This document shows positions 18,469 to 29,190 of a stretch of 29,190 nt of DNA, in pieces (positions within the stretch are counted from its first letter, which is position 1; each line of letters starts with the position of its first letter). The notes under the pieces are model-generated. The model did not search any database and was not told the DNA's origin. It was given only the letters and a program-made list of their open reading frames with translations. This stretch comes from Clostridiales bacterium DTU092. GTDB lineage: Bacteria; Bacillota; Clostridia; Caldicoprobacterales; Caldicoprobacteraceae. The stretch spans positions 1-29,190 of the forward strand of contig LFTM01000133.1 in assembly GCA_001513505.1 (NCBI GenBank), read 5' to 3'. The translations under genes were made by a program, and so were the position numbers.

Positions 18469-19176
18469 ATGAAGGAAGTTTCGGATACTACCGTCCTAAA
18501 AAAAATTGCAGGAACAGCAGCTGCTGATCTGGTCAAGAACGGCATGACCGTAGGTATTGGTACCGGCTCTACCGTTGCCTTTTTTATTGAAGAGCTGGGA
18601 CGAAGGGTCAGAGAAGGGCTATCTATTTACGGTGTGCCTACATCTTATCAGTCCAGGCTGATATGCTATCAACAGGGAATACCCGTACGTGATCCGGCTA
18701 TGATTGACGGGATAGATATTGCCATCGATGGAGCTGATGAGATTGATCATGACTTAAACGCCATCAAAGGCGGAGGTGCAGCCCATACCATTGAAAAGAT
18801 AATAGCAGCTATGGCTGATGAATTTGTTCTGATTGCTGATTCTTCCAAGCTGGTGGATCGGCTGGCGGTTTCCATTCCGGTGCCGGTTGAGGTTATACCT
18901 GCTGCTCTTTCATTGGTGGTGCGAAGAACCAGGGAGGCAGGCGCAAACCCTAAACTTAGGATTGCAGTTAAAAAGGACGGTCCCGTGATAACCGACAACG
19001 GGAATTTTGTTGTGGACTTATATTTTTCTGATGCCCCGGATATGCATAAACTTGATTATACTCTTAAATCTATTCCAGGAGTTGTGGAGACAGGACTATT
19101 TATAGGGATGGCTCATAAAGCCCTGATTGCAGGAAAAGAAGGACTTAATATGCTGACAGCCGGGCGGTTGAGTTAA
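18469..19176 (+). CDS. rpiA: Ribose-5-phosphate isomerase A
   Basis: GIGTGSTV, AIDGADE, IKGGGAA..EK, VPVEVIP, P.ITDNGNF..D, IPGVVETGLF: all RpiA, not RpiB, motifs. Confidence 0.96.
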   Translation: MKEVSDTTVLKKIAGTAAADLVKNGMTVGIGTGSTVAFFIEELGRRVREGLSIYGVPTSYQSRLICYQQGIPVRDPAMIDGIDIAIDGADEIDHDLNAIKGGGAAHTIEKIIAAMADEFVLIADSSKLVDRLAVSIPVPVEVIPAALSLVVRRTREAGANPKLRIAVKKDGPVITDNGNFVVDLYFSDAPDMHKLDYTLKSIPGVVETGLFIGMAHKALIAGKEGLNMLTAGRLS

Positions 19177-19872
<696 letters not shown>

Positions 19873-19922
19873 CACTCTGTTGAGCGGTAGCGGGCGGCTG
19901 TTGAAGAGAGGTGAAAAAATCA

Positions 19923-20235
19923 ATGATTATGAATGTCATGGATGAAATAAAACAAATAGAGGAACAGGCCCAGGATATAAAGAGACAGGCCATGGAAAAG
20001 GCCAGACAGATCTTAAATCAGGCGGAGCAGGATGGAGAGAATCTTATATCCAGCACAATTCAACAGGCGCAGCAGGAAAAAAAGCAGTTTATAAAGCAGG
20101 CTGAGGAAGAAGCTGAAAAGGAGATTGAAGAACTGAACAGGAAGACGGATATGGAATGTCAAAAAATTCGTCAGTTTGCCCGAAGCAGAATGGATGACGC
20201 CATTTCATTGGTCATGGGAAAGGTTGTGAAAACAC

Positions 20236-20249
<14 letters not shown>
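19923..20249 (+). CDS. ntpF: V/A-type ATPase peripheral stalk subunit H/G (NtpF-like)
   Basis: Short charged coiled coil (EIKQIEEQAQ..A.EKA..I...AE) first in the operon, overlapping ntpI; ATG 19923 after GAGGTG. Confidence 0.75.
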
Positions 20250-22738
<2,489 letters not shown>

Positions 22739-22749
22739 GAGTGAGTGCC

Positions 22750-23382
22750 ATGACCGGTATTGAGAAAATCAAGCAGCGGATTTTAGAAGAGGCACAGAAC
22801 GAGGCCGATGAGATAATCAAGGCGGCACAGGAAAAGGCGCAAGGAGTAAAAGAAGCAAAAGAAGCTGAAGCTGGCAGGTTGAAAAAACAGTTGACAAAAG
22901 AAAATATGGAGTTAGCCCGGGAACATAAAAGAAGGATGCTGACGGCTGCCCATCTTGAGATGAGGAAAAAAGTGCTGGCTGCAAAGCAGGAGATTATGAA
23001 TGAGGTTTTCAACGGAGTAATTGAAAGGATACAAGACATGCCGGATGATGAGTACCGTGAAATAATTGCTTCGGCGCTTCTTGATTTACCTCTCCGGGGA
23101 GATGAAGAGGTAGTATTTTCAGTTTATGATGAACACCGGCTGGATCAAACTTTTTTGGATCAGGTCAATGAACTTCTTAACAATCAGGGTATTAAGGGAC
23201 AGCTGAAGCTGGCTCCCGACAGGGCACAGTTTAAAGCCGGATTTGTTATTCGGACTCGGGGAATGGAAATAAATAATTCTTTTGAGTCTGTTGTAAATAC
23301 CTTGAGGGCGGAGATGGAACCTCAGGTAGCAGGTGTTTTATTCAGCGGCTTTTCTTCAGATGAAGAAGATACCCTATCTTGA
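22750..23382 (+). CDS. ntpE: V/A-type ATPase subunit E
   Basis: MTGIEKIKQRILEEA, LAAKQEIM.EVF, GFVI...G.EINNSFE; ATG 22750 after AGGAG. Confidence 0.92.
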   Translation: MTGIEKIKQRILEEAQNEADEIIKAAQEKAQGVKEAKEAEAGRLKKQLTKENMELAREHKRRMLTAAHLEMRKKVLAAKQEIMNEVFNGVIERIQDMPDDEYREIIASALLDLPLRGDEEVVFSVYDEHRLDQTFLDQVNELLNNQGIKGQLKLAPDRAQFKAGFVIRTRGMEINNSFESVVNTLRAEMEPQVAGVLFSGFSSDEEDTLS

Positions 23383-23497
23383 TTTTGATGCTTTTTTTGA
23401 TGACGGTATTGATACTATTTACTAAGTAAGGACAGCAGATTTGTGAACAAAGATGATTGCTTTATGTTGAACAGTTAACCATAGAAAGGATGATATA

Positions 23498-24502
23498 ATG
23501 TCTCAGCCCAGCTATGAATACGGGGTGGCGCGGGTGAGGGTTTTGGAGACCAGACTGCTCAGCCGTGACAGGATTGAGCGGATGGCAGATGCCCTTTCTG
23601 CGGAGGAAGCCCTCAAGATATTAGCTGAGACAAGCTATGCCCCTCTGGTGGCCGAGGTGGGATCTCCTTATGATTATGAGGAAATATTGGTCAGAGAGAT
23701 GAAGCGGGTTCGCAGATTTATTGAGGAGATTTCCCCGGAGCCGGACATGATAGGCTTGTTCTTTCTGAAATATGATTTTCATAACCTAAAGGTTATATTG
23801 AAGAACAAATATTTAGGTAATGAGAATGATGATTTGGCTTTATCCGAAATGGGAACCATCCCAATTGATGATTTAAAGGCCGGGCTTGAGGCTGAAGACC
23901 ATAAGGCATTGCCCGAATTTATTACAGATGCTGTTAAGGAAATTGAGAAAATGTTTAGTGTAAGGGTCGACCCTCAGAAGATAGACATTGTACTGGACAG
24001 GGCGATGTATGATTACATTTTCCAGATTTGCCGGAAGAAAAGAAACTCATTTGCTACCCAATATTTTAAAAAACAGGCAGATCTCATCAATCTGCGTTCT
24101 TTGTTACGGGTTAAAAGGTTAGGGGAAGATTTTGGTTTTCTTAAGGAGTTATTGCTGCCATATGGTGAACTGGATATGTCCTTTTATGCCGATGCCATGG
24201 AGCAGTCATATGAGAATATAATTAGTACGTTAGAGTATACTCCCTATAACAAAGTGGCAGCCGAGGGGATACAGGCCTTTTTAAGAAGTGGGGATTTAAC
24301 TGCATTTGAGAGATTGATGGACGACTATCTGCTTGAATATGTAAGAGAGGTTAAACATAACCCCTTTGGGATAGAGGCCATTGTAGGATATCTGCTTGGC
24401 AAGGAAAATGAGATCAAGCTCATTCGTATAATTATGGTGGGCAAGCTCAACAACATGCCTGCAGAAAAAATTCGTGAGAGGTTACGTGATGTCTATGTAT
24501 AA
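23498..24502 (+). CDS. ntpC: V/A-type ATPase subunit C
   Basis: YGVARVRVLETRLL, YDFHNLKVILK, DL.NL...LR, KENEIKLIRIIMVGK..ERLRDVYV. Confidence 0.94.
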   Translation: MSQPSYEYGVARVRVLETRLLSRDRIERMADALSAEEALKILAETSYAPLVAEVGSPYDYEEILVREMKRVRRFIEEISPEPDMIGLFFLKYDFHNLKVILKNKYLGNENDDLALSEMGTIPIDDLKAGLEAEDHKALPEFITDAVKEIEKMFSVRVDPQKIDIVLDRAMYDYIFQICRKKRNSFATQYFKKQADLINLRSLLRVKRLGEDFGFLKELLLPYGELDMSFYADAMEQSYENIISTLEYTPYNKVAAEGIQAFLRSGDLTAFERLMDDYLLEYVREVKHNPFGIEAIVGYLLGKENEIKLIRIIMVGKLNNMPAEKIRERLRDVYV

Positions 24503-24818
24503 AATGGGAGTTATCGGTGACAGAGATTCCATATTGGGGTTTAAAGTATTAGGGCTTTCGGTTTTTCCTGTTACCCAGCCTGAAGAGGCCGCCAGACTGA
24601 TTCACAGGCTGGCTAAGGAAAAATATGCCGTCATTTTTTTAACCGAGAACATTGCTGAACATATTCAGGAGACCATTGAAAGATACAGTACCGTGCCTTT
24701 TCCGATAATTACGCTTATCCCTAATAATGCGGGAAGTTTGGGTCTTGGACTCAAAGGTGTTAAAAACAGTGTGGAAAAGGCTTTAGGAGTTGACATATTA
24801 TTTGGAGAGCGAGGGTAG
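24495..24818 (+). CDS. ntpG: V/A-type ATPase subunit F (NtpG in E. hirae naming)
   Basis: MYKMGVIGDRDSILGFKVLG, ITLIP...GSLGLG, VEKALGVDI; start 24495 overlaps the ntpC stop (24489 also possible). Confidence 0.92.
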   Translation: MYKMGVIGDRDSILGFKVLGLSVFPVTQPEEAARLIHRLAKEKYAVIFLTENIAEHIQETIERYSTVPFPIITLIPNNAGSLGLGLKGVKNSVEKALGVDILFGERG

Positions 24819-24824
24819 TAAGCT

Positions 24825-26597
24825 ATGCAGGGAAGAATTATTAAAGTGTCCGGACCACTGGTTGTTGCTGAAGGAATGGCTGATGCAAAGATGTTTGACG
24901 TGGTTCGGGTAAGTGACAGGCGACTTATAGGTGAAATAATCGAACTGCGTGGAGACAGGGCTTCGATTCAGGTTTACGAAGAGACTTCCGGTCTGGGACC
25001 TGGCGAACCTGTGTATTCTACGGATGAACCCTTAAGTGTAGAGCTGGGTCCGGGGCTTATTGAATCCATATTTGACGGGATTCAGCGTCCTCTCACCCTC
25101 ATTCGGGAAAAGGTGGGGGACCGGATAGTCAGAGGAGTTGAGGTCCCTGCCCTGGATCGGGAACGGAAATGGGATTTTGTTCCCAGAGTTAAACCGGGAG
25201 ACAGGGTGGAAACAGGAGATATAATAGGGGTAGTACAGGAGACACCTATAGTGGAACACCGGATAATGGTGCCTGTAGGTATACAGGGAGTTGTGGACTG
25301 GATACATCAGGGTCAGGCTACTATTGTTGAGCCGGTTGCCAGGGTAAAAACCGACGATGGAAAGCTTGTTGATATAACAATGATGCAGAGAACACCTGTG
25401 CGTATTGGAAGGAAATATAAAGAAAAGCTTCCCCCTGCCTTCCCTATGCTGACAGGGCAGCGGGTTATTGACACCTTTTTTCCTGTAGCAAAAGGCGGAG
25501 TTGCCGCCGTTCCGGGGCCGTTTGGCAGCGGTAAAACCGTGGTTCAGCATCAGCTGGCCAAGTGGGCTGATGCGGATATCATAGTATACGTAGGCTGCGG
25601 TGAACGCGGCAATGAGATGACTGATGTTCTGATGGAATTTCCCCAGCTAAAAGATCCCGAGACCGGAGAACCGCTAATGAAGCGTACCGTACTTATTGCT
25701 AATACGTCGGACATGCCGGTTGCCGCCCGTGAGGCATCCATTTACACAGGGATCACAATTGCTGAATATTTCAGGGATATGGGTTACAGCGTTGCCATCA
25801 TGGCTGATTCAACATCAAGGTGGGCTGAAGCCCTTCGCGAGATGTCAGGACGTCTGGAAGAAATGCCGGGCGAAGAAGGTTATCCGGCATACTTAAGTTC
25901 CAGGCTTGCTGAGTTCTATGAACGCGCAGGCAGGGTAATATGCCTGGGCCAGGATGGCCGTGAGGGCGCCATAACGGCGATTGGAGCTGTATCTCCGCCC
26001 GGAGGTGATTTCTCCGAGCCGGTAACACAGGCCACTTTACGTATTGTAAAGGTATTCTGGGGTCTTGATTCTCAGCTGGCATACCGCAGGCATTTCCCTG
26101 CAATTAACTGGCTGACCAGTTACTCTCTGTATCTGGATCGTTTGGATGACTGGTACAATGAGCATGCATCTGAGGAATGGGTTAAACTCAGGCAGGAAGC
26201 CATGGCAATTTTACAGCAGGAGTCCCAGCTGGAAGAGATAGTAAGGCTGGTTGGTGTTGATGCTTTGTCTGTCAGGGACCGGTTGATATTGGAGACGGCC
26301 AGGTCTATAAGAGAAGACTATCTGCATCAGAATGCCTTCCACGATGTGGATACATACACCTCTCTGGAAAAGCAGTACAGGATGCTTAAACTAATCCTTG
26401 AGTTTCATCGTCTTGGACTGCAGGCTTTGGAATCAGGAGCTGAATTCAGCCAGATTACAACCCTGGCTGTCAGAGAGCGTATCGGCCGTGCCAAATATAT
26501 CCCGGAAGATCAGTTGGACCAGCTGGATGATATTATGAAAGAGTTAAGGGAGCAGATGTCGTCCCTGATGTCAGAGGGAGGATTGGTTTATGCTTAA
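24825..26597 (+). CDS. ntpA: V/A-type ATPase catalytic subunit A
   Basis: [17 protein letters not shown] Walker [35 protein letters not shown]; 590 aa, no intein. Confidence 0.98.
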   Translation: MQGRIIKVSGPLVVAEGMADAKMFDVVRVSDRRLIGEIIELRGDRASIQVYEETSGLGPGEPVYSTDEPLSVELGPGLIESIFDGIQRPLTLIREKVGDRIVRGVEVPALDRERKWDFVPRVKPGDRVETGDIIGVVQETPIVEHRIMVPVGIQGVVDWIHQGQATIVEPVARVKTDDGKLVDITMMQRTPVRIGRKYKEKLPPAFPMLTGQRVIDTFFPVAKGGVAAVPGPFGSGKTVVQHQLAKWADADIIVYVGCGERGNEMTDVLMEFPQLKDPETGEPLMKRTVLIANTSDMPVAAREASIYTGITIAEYFRDMGYSVAIMADSTSRWAEALREMSGRLEEMPGEEGYPAYLSSRLAEFYERAGRVICLGQDGREGAITAIGAVSPPGGDFSEPVTQATLRIVKVFWGLDSQLAYRRHFPAINWLTSYSLYLDRLDDWYNEHASEEWVKLRQEAMAILQQESQLEEIVRLVGVDALSVRDRLILETARSIREDYLHQNAFHDVDTYTSLEKQYRMLKLILEFHRLGLQALESGAEFSQITTLAVRERIGRAKYIPEDQLDQLDDIMKELREQMSSLMSEGGLVYA

Positions 26598-27975
26598 AGA
26601 ATACAGGACCATTACCGAGGTAGTAGGCCCGCTGATGCTGGTAGAGCAGGTTGAGGGTGCAAAGTTTAATGAGCTGGTGGAGATAGAGCAGGCTAATGGT
26701 GAAATTCGGAGAGGCCGGGTTCTTGAGGTGGACGGAGACAAAGCTCTGGTACAGCTGTTTGAAGGTTCTCATGGATTGAGAATTGCCGATAGCAAAGCAC
26801 GGTTTCTCGGCAGAAGTATTGAGCTGGGTGTATCAAGGGATATGCTTGGACGTGTGTTCGATGGTATGGGCAGAACGATAGATGGTGGACCGGATATTAT
26901 TCCTGAAAAGCGTATGGATATCAATGGGGAGCCTATAAATCCCGCTGCAAGGGACTATCCTTCCGAGTTTATCCAAACCGGTATTTCGGCGATTGACGGT
27001 TTAAATACGCTGGTGCGGGGACAAAAGCTGCCGGTGTTTTCAGGTTCAGGACTGCCTCATGCCCAGTTGGCTGCACAGATTGCACGTCAGGCTCAGGTGT
27101 TGGGAAGCGACAGCGAATTTGCTGTAGTGTTTGCAGCTATTGGTATTACTTTTGAGGAAGCTGACTTCTTTGTTTCGGATTTCCGCAGAACAGGCGCTAT
27201 TGAACGTGCGGTGTTGTTTATGAATCTGGCTAATGACCCGGCTATTGAACGAATTTCCACACCCCGTATGGCTCTGACGGCAGCAGAGTATCTTGCCTAT
27301 GAATTGGATATGCATGTGCTCGTCATACTTACCGACATCACCAATTATGCTGAGGCGCTCAGGGAGATATCGGCCGCCCGCAAGGAGGTTCCGGGGCGGA
27401 GAGGTTATCCCGGATATATGTATACCGACCTGGCTTCAATGTATGAGAGGGCTGGGAGGATCCGCGGAAAAAAAGGTTCTATTACCCAGATACCAATACT
27501 GACAATGCCTGAGGATGATAAGACTCATCCTATCCCCGACTTGACGGGGTATATCACCGAAGGCCAGATAATTTTAAGCAGGGAACTTCATCGTAAGGGT
27601 GTAATACCTCCGATTGACGTTTTGCCGTCACTATCGCGTTTGAAGGATAAGGGAATTGGTGAGGGCAGGACCCGGGAAGATCATGCCGATACCATGAACC
27701 AGTTGTTTGCTGCCTATGCCAGGGGGAAGGAAGCCGAGGAGTTAGCAGTTGTACTGGGAGAAGCTGCCCTCAGCGATGTGGATAAGCTCTATGCAAAATT
27801 CGCGCAGGAGTTTGAGAGACGATACGTATCTCAGGGATATGAGACCAACCGTTCCATAGAAGAGACTTTAGATCTTGGATGGGAACTTCTGTCCATATTG
27901 CCTAAGAGTGAACTTAGACGTATACGTGATGAATATATTGATAAGTACCTTCCCGACAAAAAAGGGGATGATTGA
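26590..27975 (+). CDS. ntpB: V/A-type ATPase subunit B
   Basis: [70 protein letters not shown]. Confidence 0.98.
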   Translation: MLKEYRTITEVVGPLMLVEQVEGAKFNELVEIEQANGEIRRGRVLEVDGDKALVQLFEGSHGLRIADSKARFLGRSIELGVSRDMLGRVFDGMGRTIDGGPDIIPEKRMDINGEPINPAARDYPSEFIQTGISAIDGLNTLVRGQKLPVFSGSGLPHAQLAAQIARQAQVLGSDSEFAVVFAAIGITFEEADFFVSDFRRTGAIERAVLFMNLANDPAIERISTPRMALTAAEYLAYELDMHVLVILTDITNYAEALREISAARKEVPGRRGYPGYMYTDLASMYERAGRIRGKKGSITQIPILTMPEDDKTHPIPDLTGYITEGQIILSRELHRKGVIPPIDVLPSLSRLKDKGIGEGRTREDHADTMNQLFAAYARGKEAEELAVVLGEAALSDVDKLYAKFAQEFERRYVSQGYETNRSIEETLDLGWELLSILPKSELRRIRDEYIDKYLPDKKGDD

Positions 27976-27978
27976 TAA

Positions 27979-28626
27979 ATGGCTGTAATGAGAGTCAATC
28001 CTACACGGATGGAGCTCACCCGTTTGAAAAAAAGGCTTCAGGTGGCCGTCAGAGGCCACAAACTGCTAAAGGACAAGCGGGATGAGATGGTGCGCAGGTT
28101 TGTGGATCTGATAAAACAGAATAAAGAAAAGAGAGAACAGGTGGAAGAAAAGTTAACCCAGGCTCTCAAGGACTTTTTGATGACACGGGCTGTTATGTCC
28201 TCTGAGGTTTTGGAGGAGTCAATAATGTTTCCCAGCAGGAGTGTTGAGATTCAGCCTTCAACAGGAAATATTATGGGGGTGGCTGTTCCTGTTATAGAGT
28301 ACAGGGAGAAGACCGATGAGAATGTATCACCCTATCCTTACAGCTTTGCCACGACTTCTGCTGAGCTGGACGGAGCTATTGTGACGCTGTCAGGAATTCT
28401 GCCGCTTATGATAGAACTGGCTGAGATTGAAAAGACATGTCAGATGCTGGCCGATGAAATAGAGAAAACCCGGAGAAGGGTAAATGCTTTGGAGTATATC
28501 GTAATCCCACAGTTGGAGGAAACAATAAGATATATCACGATGAAACTGGATGAGGATGAACGCGGAAACCGTACCAGGCTGATGAAGGTAAAGGACATGC
28601 TGGAAAAGAAGGATGCCGCTATTTAG
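27979..28626 (+). CDS. ntpD: V/A-type ATPase subunit D
   Basis: VNPTRMELTRLKKRL..A.RGHKLLKDKRD, EIEKTRRRVNALEY..IP, ER.NRTRLMKVK. Confidence 0.97.
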   Translation: MAVMRVNPTRMELTRLKKRLQVAVRGHKLLKDKRDEMVRRFVDLIKQNKEKREQVEEKLTQALKDFLMTRAVMSSEVLEESIMFPSRSVEIQPSTGNIMGVAVPVIEYREKTDENVSPYPYSFATTSAELDGAIVTLSGILPLMIELAEIEKTCQMLADEIEKTRRRVNALEYIVIPQLEETIRYITMKLDEDERGNRTRLMKVKDMLEKKDAAI

Positions 28627-28629
28627 CAG

Positions 28630-29190
28630 CTAATCCTTCTTTTCTTTTTCTATCTCTATTACCAGATTAGGATCATGCTTTCGGGACATGATACGCCGGG
28701 CCTTCCGGGTTTGGACGCTGTCAAAGATAATGGAGAAGTCATAGTTTTTGGGGTAAAGCTGGCTTGCGGGTATATGAAGTTTCAGCCTTTTATGATTTAT
28801 CAGCAGCTTTTTCTTTTTTATCTGTACCCCAACCTCGCCTTTTTCATTGGCCTCCCGGTATACAATCCCGATGCTCTTCTCAGGATAAACGATGACACTG
28901 TCACCGATGTTGAATTCAATATCCTTTGTTTTTTTCAATTCCTCTTTATTTTTTTGATTTACATATCTTTTTTGAACCGGCATATTCCGTACTGTATTTC
29001 CCATTCCCCTGCGGGGGCTTTCCTCTATACCGATAAGGTTAAGGCCTTTTTTCCCGTATGCAGCTGCAGCCGCTCTTTCAATTATTTTATGGGAAAGCCC
29101 TAACCGCTGTGCCATATACAGAGCACAACTTTCTCCGGCATGCCCTATTTCCATCTTGTATAACGGAAGCAGTGTCTGGCGGTCAAAAGC
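28630..29190 (-). CDS. MutS2-like ATPase (C-terminal part; KOW-like domain, no Smr); 5' part lies beyond the window
   Basis: Frame open from the window end: AFDRQTLLPLYKMEIGHAGESCALYMAQRLGL matches the MutS2-family end-of-ATPase motif FDxxTLxPxYxLxxGxxGxSxA..IAxRLGL; followed by FNIGDSV..GIV KOW-like segment. Confidence 0.8.
   Translation of the reverse strand, partial: AFDRQTLLPLYKMEIGHAGESCALYMAQRLGLSHKIIERAAAAAYGKKGLNLIGIEESPRRGMGNTVRNMPVQKRYVNQKNKEELKKTKDIEFNIGDSVIVYPEKSIGIVYREANEKGEVGVQIKKKKLLINHKRLKLHIPASQLYPKNYDFSIIFDSVQTRKARRIMSRKHDPNLVIEIEKEKKD

Noticed and set aside
24825-26597. Intein in V-ATPase subunit A
   Set aside because: Normal length (590 aa) and continuous sequence after the GSGKT P-loop.

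Overview
About 29 kb of core chromosome from a spore-forming Firmicute (Clostridia-like gene set and order). All genes are on the + strand except the last. In order: a partial nucleotidyltransferase-family gene; a forespore/germination cluster (spoIIR, sleB, ypeB and a small sspF-like gene missing from the ORF track); ddl-murI and an MBL-fold hydrolase; then the conserved Firmicute block pyrG, rho, ytvI, rpmE, DUF1385, prmC, prfA, ZIP transporter, sua5, ywlE, rpi, upp; a complete nine-gene V/A-type ATPase operon (ntpF-I-K-E-C-G-A-B-D order, Na+ signature); and the 3' end of a convergent MutS2-like gene lacking an Smr domain. I found no tRNA, rRNA, CRISPR array, transposase or prophage gene. 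The most unusual signal is non-coding: a ~170-bp nested inverted-repeat element present twice in opposite orientation (6821-6990, 18216-18384) plus a ~60-bp ends-only version (6747-6805). It shows compensatory base changes between copies and a GCGAAGC mini-hairpin core. Also notable: rpiA in the usual rpiB position, a V-type rather than F-type ATPase after upp, and a Rho with a ~165-aa disordered insertion behind a long leader with C-rich tracts. All calls are by eye, without database searches.
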